Source: Candidatus Delongbacteria bacterium (lineage in GTDB: Bacteria; CAIWAD01). Taken from it: a stretch of 64,000 bases of DNA. Of this stretch, positions 20,350 to 30,056 are shown in pieces. Position numbers and translations under genes: made by a program. Numbering within the stretch: the first letter of the stretch is position 1; each line of letters opens with the position of its first letter. The notes beneath the pieces were generated by a model, which was not told the origin of the DNA, searched no databases, and saw only the letters and a list, made by a program, of their open reading frames with translations. Location of the stretch: positions 2,272,001 through 2,336,000 of the forward strand of contig OY760505.1 of assembly GCA_963663545.1 (NCBI GenBank). The letters are read 5' to 3'.

Positions 20350-21671
20350 GATACTCCGTTCGCGTGCTGCTCTTCCTACTGGATGTAGCTGCCATTCTGC
20401 TGGCATTCCGGCTTGGGTGGTGGACGCGATTTCATCTCTTGCCGCCGCTGATGCCGGGCGCGCTGCACATGGAGCTACCCTGGCAGCTCTACCTGCCCTT
20501 TTTACCGCTGCCTATTGTTCTGGTGCTAATCGGTGGTATTCGTTACCGGTTGTATCACTTCGGTCACGATGAAACGCGGCGGCAGATCTTTGGCAGCCTG
20601 AAAGTCGTCATTCTGCTCTTCGTGGTAATGGCTGCCTACATGGTCGCATTCCGTCTGGATGAAGCCTTCAGTCGCCTGGGGACTGTCATTGCCATTGCGT
20701 GGCTGACGCTACTGATGCCCGCCTTCAGGCTTTTTGCGTTGTGGCTGGTCAATCGTAGGAAGCTGCTGGCAGTGCCGACGCTGATCATTGGGCGCACCTC
20801 AACGGTTCAGCGCTTTCTGGACAGCATTGGCGAAGACGAGTATCACAAGCACAACCGCATTCTGTTGTGTATCACACCCGAAGAACTCGTGGACGATGAG
20901 CGCGGCGAGTTCCACGATGAGGCCGATGAACGCATCAACCGCCTGATAGCCGAGGAGCATCTAAGCAAGGTTGTGGTGTTCATGGAGGGTGTGAGACGCA
21001 GGCAGCTGGGTGTGATCCTGCGCCGTTTCGAGGTTCGTCTGCGCACGATCAAGCTGATTCCGGACGCCTGGAGTTTGGCGCTGGCTGGATCACGCATCCA
21101 GACGCTTGGCGGCACGCTATTGCTTGGTCAGCCTCTACGTTTGTGGAATCCGGTGAATCGCGCCATTAAGCGCAGCATGGATATTCTGGCCGGGCTATTA
21201 GCGCTGCCTCTAGTGTTATTGGTCATTCTGGTCTGCACCCCCTTTCTGCGATTTCAACCGCTGCGACGTATCCCGCGCCTTGATTTGGCCGGACGACCTT
21301 TCAGTCTGCTGCAGCTGAATGTGGATTACGAAGAGGGCGGACTGATCTTTCAGAGTGGGCTCTACAAGCTCCCGGAAATGCTGGATGTGCTTGCTGGCCG
21401 ACAAAGCCTTGTGGGACCCGCTCCGCTGATTGAGCGCGAGTGTGATCTCTATCGTGACACAGACGGCGCTTTCAGTAAAATACGTCCCGGCATCACAGGG
21501 CAATGGCAGAGTGGCGATGTGGGCTACTTCGAATTGGACCAGCGTATAGCCGTCGACATGTATTACGCCATGAATTGGAGTGTTGCGCTGGATCTGCGCA
21601 TTCTCTTCGATTCTGTGCTGAAGGGCCTGGTGTGTCTGTTCAAACCTCGGGCAGGAGCGCTGCGCACATGA
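20346..21671 (+). CDS. WcaJ/WbaP-like sugar transferase with a degenerate phosphoglycosyltransferase domain
   Basis: Four N-terminal TM helices, a central domain, 'KRSMDIL', 'SLVGPAP', 'RPGITGQWQ', 'D.YY..NWS..LD..IL'. Confidence 0.8.
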   Translation: MRYSVRVLLFLLDVAAILLAFRLGWWTRFHLLPPLMPGALHMELPWQLYLPFLPLPIVLVLIGGIRYRLYHFGHDETRRQIFGSLKVVILLFVVMAAYMVAFRLDEAFSRLGTVIAIAWLTLLMPAFRLFALWLVNRRKLLAVPTLIIGRTSTVQRFLDSIGEDEYHKHNRILLCITPEELVDDERGEFHDEADERINRLIAEEHLSKVVVFMEGVRRRQLGVILRRFEVRLRTIKLIPDAWSLALAGSRIQTLGGTLLLGQPLRLWNPVNRAIKRSMDILAGLLALPLVLLVILVCTPFLRFQPLRRIPRLDLAGRPFSLLQLNVDYEEGGLIFQSGLYKLPEMLDVLAGRQSLVGPAPLIERECDLYRDTDGAFSKIRPGITGQWQSGDVGYFELDQRIAVDMYYAMNWSVALDLRILFDSVLKGLVCLFKPRAGALRT

Positions 21672-23173
21672 GCGACTACTTGGCACCACAACTGAGTGTA
21701 TCACAACTCAAGGCCCATTGCGCCGCGCAGGTTCTGGGCATACCGGATAGCTGGCGCATTGCGCTTAATGAGGCCGAACTCCCTAAGCCAGTACTGGATT
21801 CGCGTGATGCGCGTCCTGGAGATTTGTTCTTCGCACTTCCGGGTACGCGCGTTGACGGACACCAGTTCGTGCCTGAGTTGCAGAAGCGTGGCGTGTATTG
21901 TGTTGTGTCACGCGACCACGAGTTCGCGGAGCACGAAGGTCTGCTATGTGTTGAGGATCCGCGTCGAGTCCTGGACTGGCTGGCGGCGGAGTTGGCAGGT
22001 CTTGCGCAACACGAATTGCGCGTGATTGGTATTACGGGAACCAATGGCAAGACCAGTACCTGTTGGATTCTGCAGCAATTGCTTGGCGGTATCGATCCGT
22101 CCTGTGGCCTCTGTGGTACAATCATGCAGCGCGTCGGCCTGGGCACTGGTACTGTCGCATCACTGACGACACCGGATACACTTACGCTTGCGCGGCTGGC
22201 GCAGGATGTGATACGTGCTGGTGGTCGTCATCTGGTAATGGAAGTCAGCAGCCATGCCATTGATCAGCAGCGTGCTGGTTTCTTTGAGTACGCAGCTGTG
22301 GCCTTTCTTAATCTGAGCCCCGAGCACCTGGATTATCACGGCAACATGGAAGACTATTTCGCTGTCAAGGCCGGGTGGATCGCGCTGCCGGGGCACGGAA
22401 GCCGCATCGTCTGCGTGGACAGTCGTTGGGGTAGTACCCTGGCGGACCATTTGCAGGAACCGTGTGTCACCTATGGTGAAGCAGCAGGACAGTGGCGTGT
22501 GCTGCCGAAGTCCGAAGGGCTGGAGCAGCGATTTGTGTTGCAACACGAGGACGGTGATACAATTGAGATGATACTTCCGCTTCCGGGTCGACACAACCTG
22601 CAGAACGCAACAGCTGCCGTGTTGCTGGCGCTGGAATTGGGCCTGTCTGCCGAAGATGTGAAGAGAAGGCTATCGACCATTCTTCCCGTGCCAGGCCGCA
22701 TGGAGCGCGTATCACCGCCAGCTGGAGAAAAGCGAGCTCTGGTTCTCATCGATTATGCTCATAGCCCGGACGGCTACGAACGGCTGTTTCAGGCTCTGGC
22801 TGGTATAAAACGCACCCGGACAAATATTGTGTTTGGTTGCGGCGGTGACAGGGATCGCAGCAAGCGTGCGGTCATGACCTGCATAGCGTTGGCTAATGCG
22901 GATCAGGCCTGGATTACCCTGGATAACCCGCGCAGTGAAGATCCCGGGCAAATTTTCGATGACATGCTAAAGGCGCTGACGGAAGAGCAGCTGCGGCGTG
23001 TGACACGAATCGAGGATCGGCAAGCGGCCATCCAGCATGTGCTGGCACAAGCGGGATCGGATGATCTTGTCCTGCTGGTTGGCAAGGGCCATGAGCGCTA
23101 CCAAATTTTGGGAAGCGAGAAATCGTATTTCAACGAAACAGAAATCGTCAGGGCGTGTTGGGAGCAAAAATGA
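21668..23173 (+). CDS. murE: UDP-MurNAc-L-Ala-D-Glu:meso-DAP ligase
   Basis: 'GITGTNGKTS', 'TTPD', 'MEVSSH', 'DYAH', 'FGCGGDRD', DAP-type 'DNPR', 'GKGHE'. Confidence 0.95.
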   Translation: MSDYLAPQLSVSQLKAHCAAQVLGIPDSWRIALNEAELPKPVLDSRDARPGDLFFALPGTRVDGHQFVPELQKRGVYCVVSRDHEFAEHEGLLCVEDPRRVLDWLAAELAGLAQHELRVIGITGTNGKTSTCWILQQLLGGIDPSCGLCGTIMQRVGLGTGTVASLTTPDTLTLARLAQDVIRAGGRHLVMEVSSHAIDQQRAGFFEYAAVAFLNLSPEHLDYHGNMEDYFAVKAGWIALPGHGSRIVCVDSRWGSTLADHLQEPCVTYGEAAGQWRVLPKSEGLEQRFVLQHEDGDTIEMILPLPGRHNLQNATAAVLLALELGLSAEDVKRRLSTILPVPGRMERVSPPAGEKRALVLIDYAHSPDGYERLFQALAGIKRTRTNIVFGCGGDRDRSKRAVMTCIALANADQAWITLDNPRSEDPGQIFDDMLKALTEEQLRRVTRIEDRQAAIQHVLAQAGSDDLVLLVGKGHERYQILGSEKSYFNETEIVRACWEQK

Positions 23174-24513
23174 CAAAAGCACTGTTGATCATCGGTGCTG
23201 CGCGTAGTGGTCTGGCGGCTGCGGCCTTGGCACGAACCCAAGGATGGCAGGTGTGGATCACGGACGATCGTCGTGGCGAAGAAGAGCTGGCTGCTGATAT
23301 CAATCCGCTTGGATTGCACTATTGCGAACCGGGCCGTCTTCCTGCCGAGGTTCGCCTGGTGGTGCTCAGCCCGGTGATCAAGCCTGCGCATCCGTTGGTG
23401 CAGCAAGCGCTAGCCGCTCGTGTTCCCGTTGAGAGCGAAGTGGACTTCGCCTCACGCTACTTCCAGGGCCGTGTCTTTGCCATTACCGGCAGCAACGGCA
23501 AAACCACATGCACCATGCTGGCGGAGGCCGTGTTACGCGAGGCTGGCTTGGACGCGCGCGCCTGCGGTAACATGGGCTATCCCTTTTCGAGACTTGTGCT
23601 GGAGCACCCAGAGTGCCAGTGGGCCGTGGCCGAGCTGAGCAGCTATCAGCTCGAGATGAGTGCGGGACTGCGGGTCCGCGCGGCCTTGTTGCTGAATCTG
23701 AGCGAAGACCACCTGGAGCGCCATGGCAGCATGCACGCGTATCTGGCGGCCAAACTACGCCTTGTGGGAATGCTTGAGGCGGATGGAGCACTGGTGGTCA
23801 ACGGTGATGACGACGCAATCATGGAGGGCGTCAGCCATTTGGACTGTGCACCACTGGCTTTTTCTGCCACACATACTGCGGCCATTCATCTTGACGGTGA
23901 TACAATTCGTTTTCCTCTGGCCAAGAGCGAAGATCTACTGGAGGGGCAGCGGCCGAAACTGCGCGGAAGACACAACCTGCAGAACATCATGGCCGTGGCA
24001 TTGGGCGCCTGGCAGAATGGCGTTCTTTTGGATGTGATACGAAGGGCTGTGCTGGACTTTGCACCTGTTGAACACCGCATCGAGCCTGTCGCTGTGCTAC
24101 GCGGTGTCGAGTGGATCAACGACAGCAAGGCCACCAACGTCGATTCCACGAAGCACGCCTTACGCTGCTTCCCTGATCGCCGCGTTGTGCTCATGGCCGG
24201 TGGTGAAGCCAAAACCGACGACTACAGCGAAGTGGCCGTCGAAGTTGCTGACAAGGTGCGCGTGTTGGTTGCTTTTGGCAAGGACGGTGGAATTATCGCC
24301 GACTGGTTTGCCATGCATGGAAACGGGGATCTGCAAATTGAGCGCTGTGATACGATGGCTGATGCCATTGCTCGCGCGCGCGATACGGCTGCAGAGGGAG
24401 ACTACGCTCTGCTGAGCCCGATGTGCGCTAGTTTTGATCAGTTCAAGAATTTCGAAGAGCGCGGCACACGCTTCAAAGAGTACGTGCTTCGCCTGCACGA
24501 GGAGGCGCAATGA
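23170..24513 (+). CDS. murD: UDP-MurNAc-L-Ala:D-Glu ligase
   Basis: 'ITGSNGKTT', 'ELSSYQLE', 'NDSKATN', 'LLSPMCASFDQF..FEERG'. Confidence 0.96.
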   Translation: MTKALLIIGAARSGLAAAALARTQGWQVWITDDRRGEEELAADINPLGLHYCEPGRLPAEVRLVVLSPVIKPAHPLVQQALAARVPVESEVDFASRYFQGRVFAITGSNGKTTCTMLAEAVLREAGLDARACGNMGYPFSRLVLEHPECQWAVAELSSYQLEMSAGLRVRAALLLNLSEDHLERHGSMHAYLAAKLRLVGMLEADGALVVNGDDDAIMEGVSHLDCAPLAFSATHTAAIHLDGDTIRFPLAKSEDLLEGQRPKLRGRHNLQNIMAVALGAWQNGVLLDVIRRAVLDFAPVEHRIEPVAVLRGVEWINDSKATNVDSTKHALRCFPDRRVVLMAGGEAKTDDYSEVAVEVADKVRVLVAFGKDGGIIADWFAMHGNGDLQIERCDTMADAIARARDTAAEGDYALLSPMCASFDQFKNFEERGTRFKEYVLRLHEEAQ

Positions 24514-25343
24514 CGCGCACCGATCCCATTGGTGTTTTCGATTCCGGTGTCGGCGGGCTGACTGTGGTCAGTCGCTTGATCAACCGACTTCCGCATGAGG
24601 ACATTATCTATTTTGGTGATACGGCCCGTGTGCCCTACGGTATTAAATCGCCGGCCACTGTTCGCGAATTCAGCCGACAGATTGCGCAGTTTCTGTTGCG
24701 CCGCAGGGTCAAGGCCATCGTGATCGCTTGTAACACGGCAAGTGCCGTTGCGCTGGACACTTTGCGAGCAGAGCTTGACGTGCCGGTTATCGGCGTGATT
24801 GAAGCCGGGGCGCGTCAAGCCTTGTCGGTGACACAAAACCATCGTGTAGCCGTTATCGGTACGGCGTCCACGGTAAGCAGCCGAGCCTATCCTCGTGCCC
24901 TTGCGGCACAAGATTCACGAGCTCGAACCTTGTCGAAGGCCTGTCCACTCTTTGTCCCCTTGGTCGAGGACGCCATCTTCGACGGTCCCGTGGCCGAGTA
25001 CGCGGTGCATCACTACCTAGACGAAATCTGCGAAGCCGGTGTTGATACACTGTTGCTGGGCTGCACGCATTATCCGCTGCTGGTTCCCGTGATACAACGC
25101 GTAATCGGTGATGGAATCCACGTTGTGGATGCAGCCGAGGGCACCGCAAATGAGTTGGCCGAGTTGCTCGAGGCCCGCGAGCTGCTAAACCCGAACCTGG
25201 GTGACGGACTGCGGCGCTACTACTTCAGTGATCGTACCGAAGCCTTTCAGCGCTTGGCCCAGCAGATCATGGGCGAGGCCGTGGCTGACATGTACATCGT
25301 CGATCTGGAGGCCGATGCGCGCGGCGAGCGTCTGATCGATTAA
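24510..25343 (+). CDS. murI: Glutamate racemase
   Basis: 'FDSGVGGLTV', 'PYG', 'ACNTA', 'LGCTHYP'. Confidence 0.97.
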   Translation: MTRTDPIGVFDSGVGGLTVVSRLINRLPHEDIIYFGDTARVPYGIKSPATVREFSRQIAQFLLRRRVKAIVIACNTASAVALDTLRAELDVPVIGVIEAGARQALSVTQNHRVAVIGTASTVSSRAYPRALAAQDSRARTLSKACPLFVPLVEDAIFDGPVAEYAVHHYLDEICEAGVDTLLLGCTHYPLLVPVIQRVIGDGIHVVDAAEGTANELAELLEARELLNPNLGDGLRRYYFSDRTEAFQRLAQQIMGEAVADMYIVDLEADARGERLID

Positions 25344-25548
25344 GCTCATTTGTATCACACCATTTCTCGCTGCCGATGAACAACTCCTCCTGTACCGTCT
25401 GCTTCTGCTGTGTTGGCAGCGCATCTTTACCCGGCTGATGCCGCTCCACGTTTCGGTGCGTTCCATACTATCAGAGTGGTTGGCTTTCACGGAGGAGAGG
25501 GCCTTGCAGGAAAAACACTGGTCTTCCGCACTCTTTTTCGCTTTCCCC

Positions 25549-25603
25549 TTGACTCTTTGGAGTGTTCTTGATATCTAGTGTTGTAGTCAACTAAAACACT
25601 GGA
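25549..25603 (+). promoter_or_regulatory. Promoter and YtrA-type palindromic operator
   Basis: TTGACT-N17-TATCTA with extended TG; inverted repeat TCTAGTGTTGTAGT-CA-ACTAAAACACTGGA at 25574-25603, directly before the GntR gene. Confidence 0.7.
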
Positions 25604-25609
25604 TGACCT

Positions 25610-25999
25610 ATGGAACCAACCTGGAACGAGAACGAGCCCATTTACCTGCAGATACGACAGCGCATTCTGCAGATGATCATGGGCGGCCAGTTGCCGGAGG
25701 GCGAGAAGCTCCCATCGGTGCGCCAGGTGGCGACTGATCTGCGAGTGAATCCGCTCACGGTGATGAAGGCATATCAAATGCTTGTGGACGAGGACCTGGT
25801 AGAGAAGCGCAGGGGGTTGGGCATGTTTGTCAAGGAAGGTGCTACCGGAGACCTGGTGGCCGTTGAGAAGCGCCGCTTTCTGGAAGAAGAGTGGCCGCGC
25901 GTGTTAGCGCAGATCGTTCGCATCGGGCTGGAGCCTGCCGAGTTGCTGGCACCGGAAATGCTACAGCACGCGCGTGAAGAAGCCGGGAGGGCCGAGTAA
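25610..25999 (+). CDS. GntR-family regulator, YtrA subfamily
   Basis: 'PIYLQI', 'GEKLPSVR', 'VNPLTVMKAY', 'RRGLGMFV'; short C-terminus; precedes ABC genes. Confidence 0.93.
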   Translation: MEPTWNENEPIYLQIRQRILQMIMGGQLPEGEKLPSVRQVATDLRVNPLTVMKAYQMLVDEDLVEKRRGLGMFVKEGATGDLVAVEKRRFLEEEWPRVLAQIVRIGLEPAELLAPEMLQHAREEAGRAE

Positions 26000-26859
26000 T
26001 GCAGGAACTGATCACAGCTCGCGGTTTGACCAAGCAATACAAGCAGGTGCGTGCGCTGGATGACGTGAATCTGACGGTGGAACGTGGCCGCATTGTGGGA
26101 TTGATCGGACCCAACGGCGCCGGTAAAACCACTTTTCTGAAAAGCGTAATGGGACTGATTCACCACGAGGGCAGTATTCAGGTGCTGGGCTTGGATCCGC
26201 GCCAGCAGCGCCCGCGTGTGATGCAGAGCCTGTGTTACATAGCCGATGTGGCTTCCCTGCCGGGTTGGATGCGTGTGAGTCAGGCAGTGGAATACACGCA
26301 GATGATCCATCCGCGCTTTCGCCGCGAGAAGGCCGAGGAGTACCTGGCACGCACGGATATTCTGCCCAAGTCCAAGATCGCCAAGCTGTCCAAGGGCATG
26401 AAGACGCAGCTGCATCTGGCGCTGGTCATGGCCATTGACGCCGATCTGCTGGTCTTGGACGAGCCGACGCTGGGTCTGGATATTTTATACCGGCGCCAGT
26501 TCTACACCGATCTGCTGAATGAGTATTACGACGAGACCCGCACGATTCTGGTCAGCACGCATCAGGTGGAAGAGGTCGAGCATATCCTGACCGACCTGGT
26601 GTTCATCAACGCTGGCCGCATTGTGCTGGACTGTGCGATGGATCAGGTGGCCGAGAATTTCGTTCTGCTGAATTGCAGTGATGGCAACGAAGCACAGGCG
26701 CGCGCCTTGGGACCCATGTACGAGGAGCAGCAGATGGGCGTGACCAGCTTCATTTTCGAGAATGTGCCGCGTGAGCGTCTGGCCGAGCTGGGTAAGGTGC
26801 GAACCCCCGGCGTGGCTGACCTCTTCGTTGCCAAAATCGGGAAGAAGAACCATGACTAA
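25999..26859 (+). CDS. ABC transporter ATP-binding protein (YtrB-like)
   Basis: Walker A GPNGAGKT, 'LSKGM', 'LDEPT', 'STH'. Confidence 0.95.
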   Translation: MQELITARGLTKQYKQVRALDDVNLTVERGRIVGLIGPNGAGKTTFLKSVMGLIHHEGSIQVLGLDPRQQRPRVMQSLCYIADVASLPGWMRVSQAVEYTQMIHPRFRREKAEEYLARTDILPKSKIAKLSKGMKTQLHLALVMAIDADLLVLDEPTLGLDILYRRQFYTDLLNEYYDETRTILVSTHQVEEVEHILTDLVFINAGRIVLDCAMDQVAENFVLLNCSDGNEAQARALGPMYEEQQMGVTSFIFENVPRERLAELGKVRTPGVADLFVAKIGKKNHD

Positions 26860-27154
26860 ATGGAGTTGCCTTTTTCTGATCCTCACGCTGCTGCCGGGGA
26901 TCAGTGCCATGGCGCAGGCGCCCGTGGACACCGTCCGTGTTGAGGTCGTACATGCGCAGGAGCAGGATTCCACCTTCGTTCAAACCAGAACCTTCGTGGA
27001 CAGCATGCTCACGGCGCACAGCGGACTGGACGAGACGGAGTGTGCCATTGTCAGCGACGCGGCCATTCTGAGTCGTTTGCAGAAGCTCATGTCCCACGGC
27101 GTGCCCGGACTGCAGGGCATACTGCGGGTGCTTGATAGAAGGAGGATCCTGTAA
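26852..27154 (+). CDS. Small exported hypothetical protein
   Basis: ATG overlaps upstream gene; signal peptide 'MTKWSCLFLILTLLPGISAMA'; its stop overlaps the next start. Confidence 0.6.
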   Translation: MTKWSCLFLILTLLPGISAMAQAPVDTVRVEVVHAQEQDSTFVQTRTFVDSMLTAHSGLDETECAIVSDAAILSRLQKLMSHGVPGLQGILRVLDRRRIL

Positions 27155-28170
27155 TGAAGCTGAGTACCTGGATGAAGCCCGGTACCTGGCCGGCGGCGAG
27201 CTGGGCCATGGTCCGACGCGAGCTGTGGGAGCACACTGCCATTGTGCGACTGCCAGCTATTCTCGGCGCCCTGATGATACTTGCCCTGATTGGTCTGATG
27301 GCGCTTCCTTCGCGCATCAGCGGTCACTTGGATGAAGCTGATAAATCCTTCCGGCTGCCGCTAAGCGAAATCACCAATGACGCCAGCGCGCCGGATCTGA
27401 AATTCTCGGTGGACGAATTCGGCCTGGGCACTCTTTATGACGTGGCCGAGCAAATTCCGGCCGACATTCGAGGAGCAGGAATCAGCTTGATGCTGCTGGG
27501 CCTCTACGGATCATACGATTTATTCTTGAAGATCCTGATGGGCGTCTATCTGGCCGGGTGTTTGTTCCGCGAACGGCGCGACAATAGTGTGCTCTTCTGG
27601 AAATCGCTGCCGGTGAGTGACACAAACACCGTGTTGGTGAAGGCTGCATTGGGTATGGTGGGAATTCCGCTCATCTTCTTCGCCGTTTCTCTGCTGACGA
27701 TGTTTGTATCACAGCTTTTCGTGGGCTTTGGCGCGCTCTTCACTGGACATTCAATGGGCCTGGCCTTTGAGTGCGTTATGTACGGAACGGTGCTGAGGCA
27801 TATGTGGACTTCGATGATCAGCCAGATTCTCTGGTTGGCTCCCATCGGCGGCTACTTCCTGCTGATGTCAGCCTGGGCCAAGCGGAACGTGGCGCTGTGG
27901 ATCATTGGTCCTCCGTTGGCCATCATTACCCTTGAAGGCTACTTCATGGCCAAAGGACGTTTTGCCATTTGGCTTGGTAAGCATTTCGTTCATCTTCCGA
28001 ATCTGGAAGATCAGATGCACAATCTGGAACACGCTGGACCGATGGAAGTGCTCAACTTCAACTTCTCTACGGGGTTCGACAAGCCGGATATGTGGCTTGG
28101 CGTGCTGATCTTTGCCGCCTTCGTCTCCGGTGCAATCTGGATCCGCCGCTGGCGAGAAGAGTCGGCATAG
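27154..28170 (+). CDS. ABC-2 type permease
   Basis: 'RRELWEH', 'ERRDNSVLFWKSLPVSD'; multiple TM helices. Confidence 0.88.
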   Translation: MKLSTWMKPGTWPAASWAMVRRELWEHTAIVRLPAILGALMILALIGLMALPSRISGHLDEADKSFRLPLSEITNDASAPDLKFSVDEFGLGTLYDVAEQIPADIRGAGISLMLLGLYGSYDLFLKILMGVYLAGCLFRERRDNSVLFWKSLPVSDTNTVLVKAALGMVGIPLIFFAVSLLTMFVSQLFVGFGALFTGHSMGLAFECVMYGTVLRHMWTSMISQILWLAPIGGYFLLMSAWAKRNVALWIIGPPLAIITLEGYFMAKGRFAIWLGKHFVHLPNLEDQMHNLEHAGPMEVLNFNFSTGFDKPDMWLGVLIFAAFVSGAIWIRRWREESA

Positions 28171-28230
28171 AAGTGAAAGTATCGTAGTAGATCAGACTCC
28201 CTTCTGATAGATGTGAGACAGGTGTGACAC

Positions 28231-28262
28231 GAAGGGCGGCTCGGTGGCCGCCCTTTGCTTTT
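28231..28262 (+). terminator. Rho-independent terminator
   Basis: AAGGGCGGC-TCGGTG-GCCGCCCTT followed by TGCTTTT. Confidence 0.75.
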
Positions 28263-28312
28263 CGCTTTGCCGATTATTCGGCTTTATGCATGTTGAGAGT
28301 GGAGGTGATACA

Positions 28313-29281
28313 ATGCACAAGAAGTTGTTCGCGATATCCTTGCTCCTGCTTCTTTCCTGCAGCGACGACCGGACTGTAGTACAGCCGCAAGAGGAAGAAG
28401 TCAACTGGACTCTGGTGCGTGCCTCGGATCAGGCCACCTTGCCCAGCGAATTCGAGGCAGCAACGTTGATAGGACTCAGCACCGATGGCTGGGAGGACCA
28501 TGTCCGCATCGACCGCCAGGGCGACTTCCTCTACTTCAGCTATTGCGATCGCGATTTGAATCACACCGGCAGCGACCTGGTGGAAGGCCCACTGCGCGAC
28601 GCGGACAGTCTATGTACACCGTTGTGTGGCGAATTTCCACGCAGCGATCTGTTTGTCAGCTCGGCCGTTGGCAGTGGGTGGGGCACGCCTGTGCCGCATC
28701 CCCTCAGTATCGAAAACTCGGTTTCGGCTCCGGCCATTCTGGAAGGGCAAGAGGCCTGGTTTCACCGCCAGCTTGTGCCGCAGGCCTTGACCGATCTGGT
28801 CGTTTCGTACTACACGGGTGATACATGGACTACGCCTGAGCGCCAGCAGTTGCTTTCCAGCGCTTATCGCGATGAGTATCCAACCTTGGATGATGCAGCG
28901 GCTAGTATTCTGTTTGCGAGCAACCGCCCGGGTGGCGCTGGCGGTATGGATTTGTATTACGCGCAATACCTTGATGGAAACTGGACAGAACCCGAAGCAC
29001 TTCCTGAGAATGTCAACAGCAGCGCCGATGAAACACAGCCTTGGTTGCATGGAGCCACGGTGTATTACGTGAGCAATCGCAATGGCCGACAGCAGATCTT
29101 TCGCACCATTCGCGACAATGCCGGCAACTGGAGTGAGCCGGAATTGATTGTCAGCGCCCGCGGCGATGTGCGCAGTCCAAGCATTAGTAACGGCAACCGC
29201 TATCTCTACTTTGTGCAGGTGTTCTCAACAGGAGACGGGAGCATTTCCACCGCGGACATCATGTGTGCGGAAAGGCGCTAA
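28313..29281 (+). CDS. Lipoprotein with PD40/TolB-like beta-propeller repeats
   Basis: RBS GGAGG; lipobox 'LLSC'; 'FASNRPGGAGGMDLY', 'VNSSADETQP', 'YYVSNR'. Confidence 0.8.
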   Translation: MHKKLFAISLLLLLSCSDDRTVVQPQEEEVNWTLVRASDQATLPSEFEAATLIGLSTDGWEDHVRIDRQGDFLYFSYCDRDLNHTGSDLVEGPLRDADSLCTPLCGEFPRSDLFVSSAVGSGWGTPVPHPLSIENSVSAPAILEGQEAWFHRQLVPQALTDLVVSYYTGDTWTTPERQQLLSSAYRDEYPTLDDAAASILFASNRPGGAGGMDLYYAQYLDGNWTEPEALPENVNSSADETQPWLHGATVYYVSNRNGRQQIFRTIRDNAGNWSEPELIVSARGDVRSPSISNGNRYLYFVQVFSTGDGSISTADIMCAERR

Positions 29282-29349
29282 TGGCATTGTAACACGCGAA
29301 GCTTGAAATCAGACTGAATCATTTGTGCGGGTTAACACTGAGGATTGAC

Positions 29350-30042
29350 ATGGCTCTCCTTGGCATCATCGGCGGCATTGCGCCCGAATCCACCATTGCC
29401 TACTACCGGCAGCTCGTCGCCGCTTTTCTGGCAGAGAAGGGCGATGGCAACTACCCGTCCATGCTGATCAACAGCATCAACATGAAGCGCATGCTGGACC
29501 TGGTAGCCGCGCGGGAGTTCGACGCTCTTGTCGCTTTCCTCCTGAACGAAGTGGAGAAGCTTGCGCGTGCAGGCGCCGATTTCGCTCTGCTGGCTTCCAA
29601 TACGCCGCACATCGTTTTTCCATCGTTGGCTGCGCGGTCTCCCTTACCCATGCTCAGTATTGTGGAATCGCTTGCAGACCATGCCAGGGAGCGCGGCATC
29701 GGCCGCCTCGGCCTCTTCGGCACGAAGTTCACCATGCAGGGTGGCTTCTACGAAAAGGCGCTTGCTTCTCAGGGTGTCGAGCTGACCCTTCCTGAGCCGG
29801 ACATGCAGGATGTGATACACGATATCTATATGAGAGAACTGGTGCGGGGTATTTTCCGTGATACATCGCGCGCCGAACTTATGCGCATTGTGATGGAGAT
29901 GCGGGAGCGTTCGGGCATCGAGGCGCTGGTGCTGGGCGGAACAGAGCTACCACTGCTTCTGCGCCCGCAGGACGAGGCCGGTCTTCCCTTTCTGGACACC
30001 ACGGCCATTCACGTTCAGGCCGCTCTGGCGAAGATGCTGTAG
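29350..30042 (+). CDS. Asp/Glu racemase family protein lacking both catalytic cysteines
   Basis: 'LGIIGGIAPEST', 'ASNTPH', 'LFGTKFTM', 'LGGTELP', 'DTTAIHV'. Confidence 0.85.
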   Translation: MALLGIIGGIAPESTIAYYRQLVAAFLAEKGDGNYPSMLINSINMKRMLDLVAAREFDALVAFLLNEVEKLARAGADFALLASNTPHIVFPSLAARSPLPMLSIVESLADHARERGIGRLGLFGTKFTMQGGFYEKALASQGVELTLPEPDMQDVIHDIYMRELVRGIFRDTSRAELMRIVMEMRERSGIEALVLGGTELPLLLRPQDEAGLPFLDTTAIHVQAALAKML

Positions 30043-30056
30043 CACGGGCATGTGTG

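Noticed and set aside
25344..25548. Intergenic regions (also 15656-16074, 39363-39556, 62830-63133) as tRNA, riboswitch or ncRNA
   Set aside because: I recognised no cloverleaf or known riboswitch consensus by eye; an Rfam/Infernal scan would be needed to exclude them.
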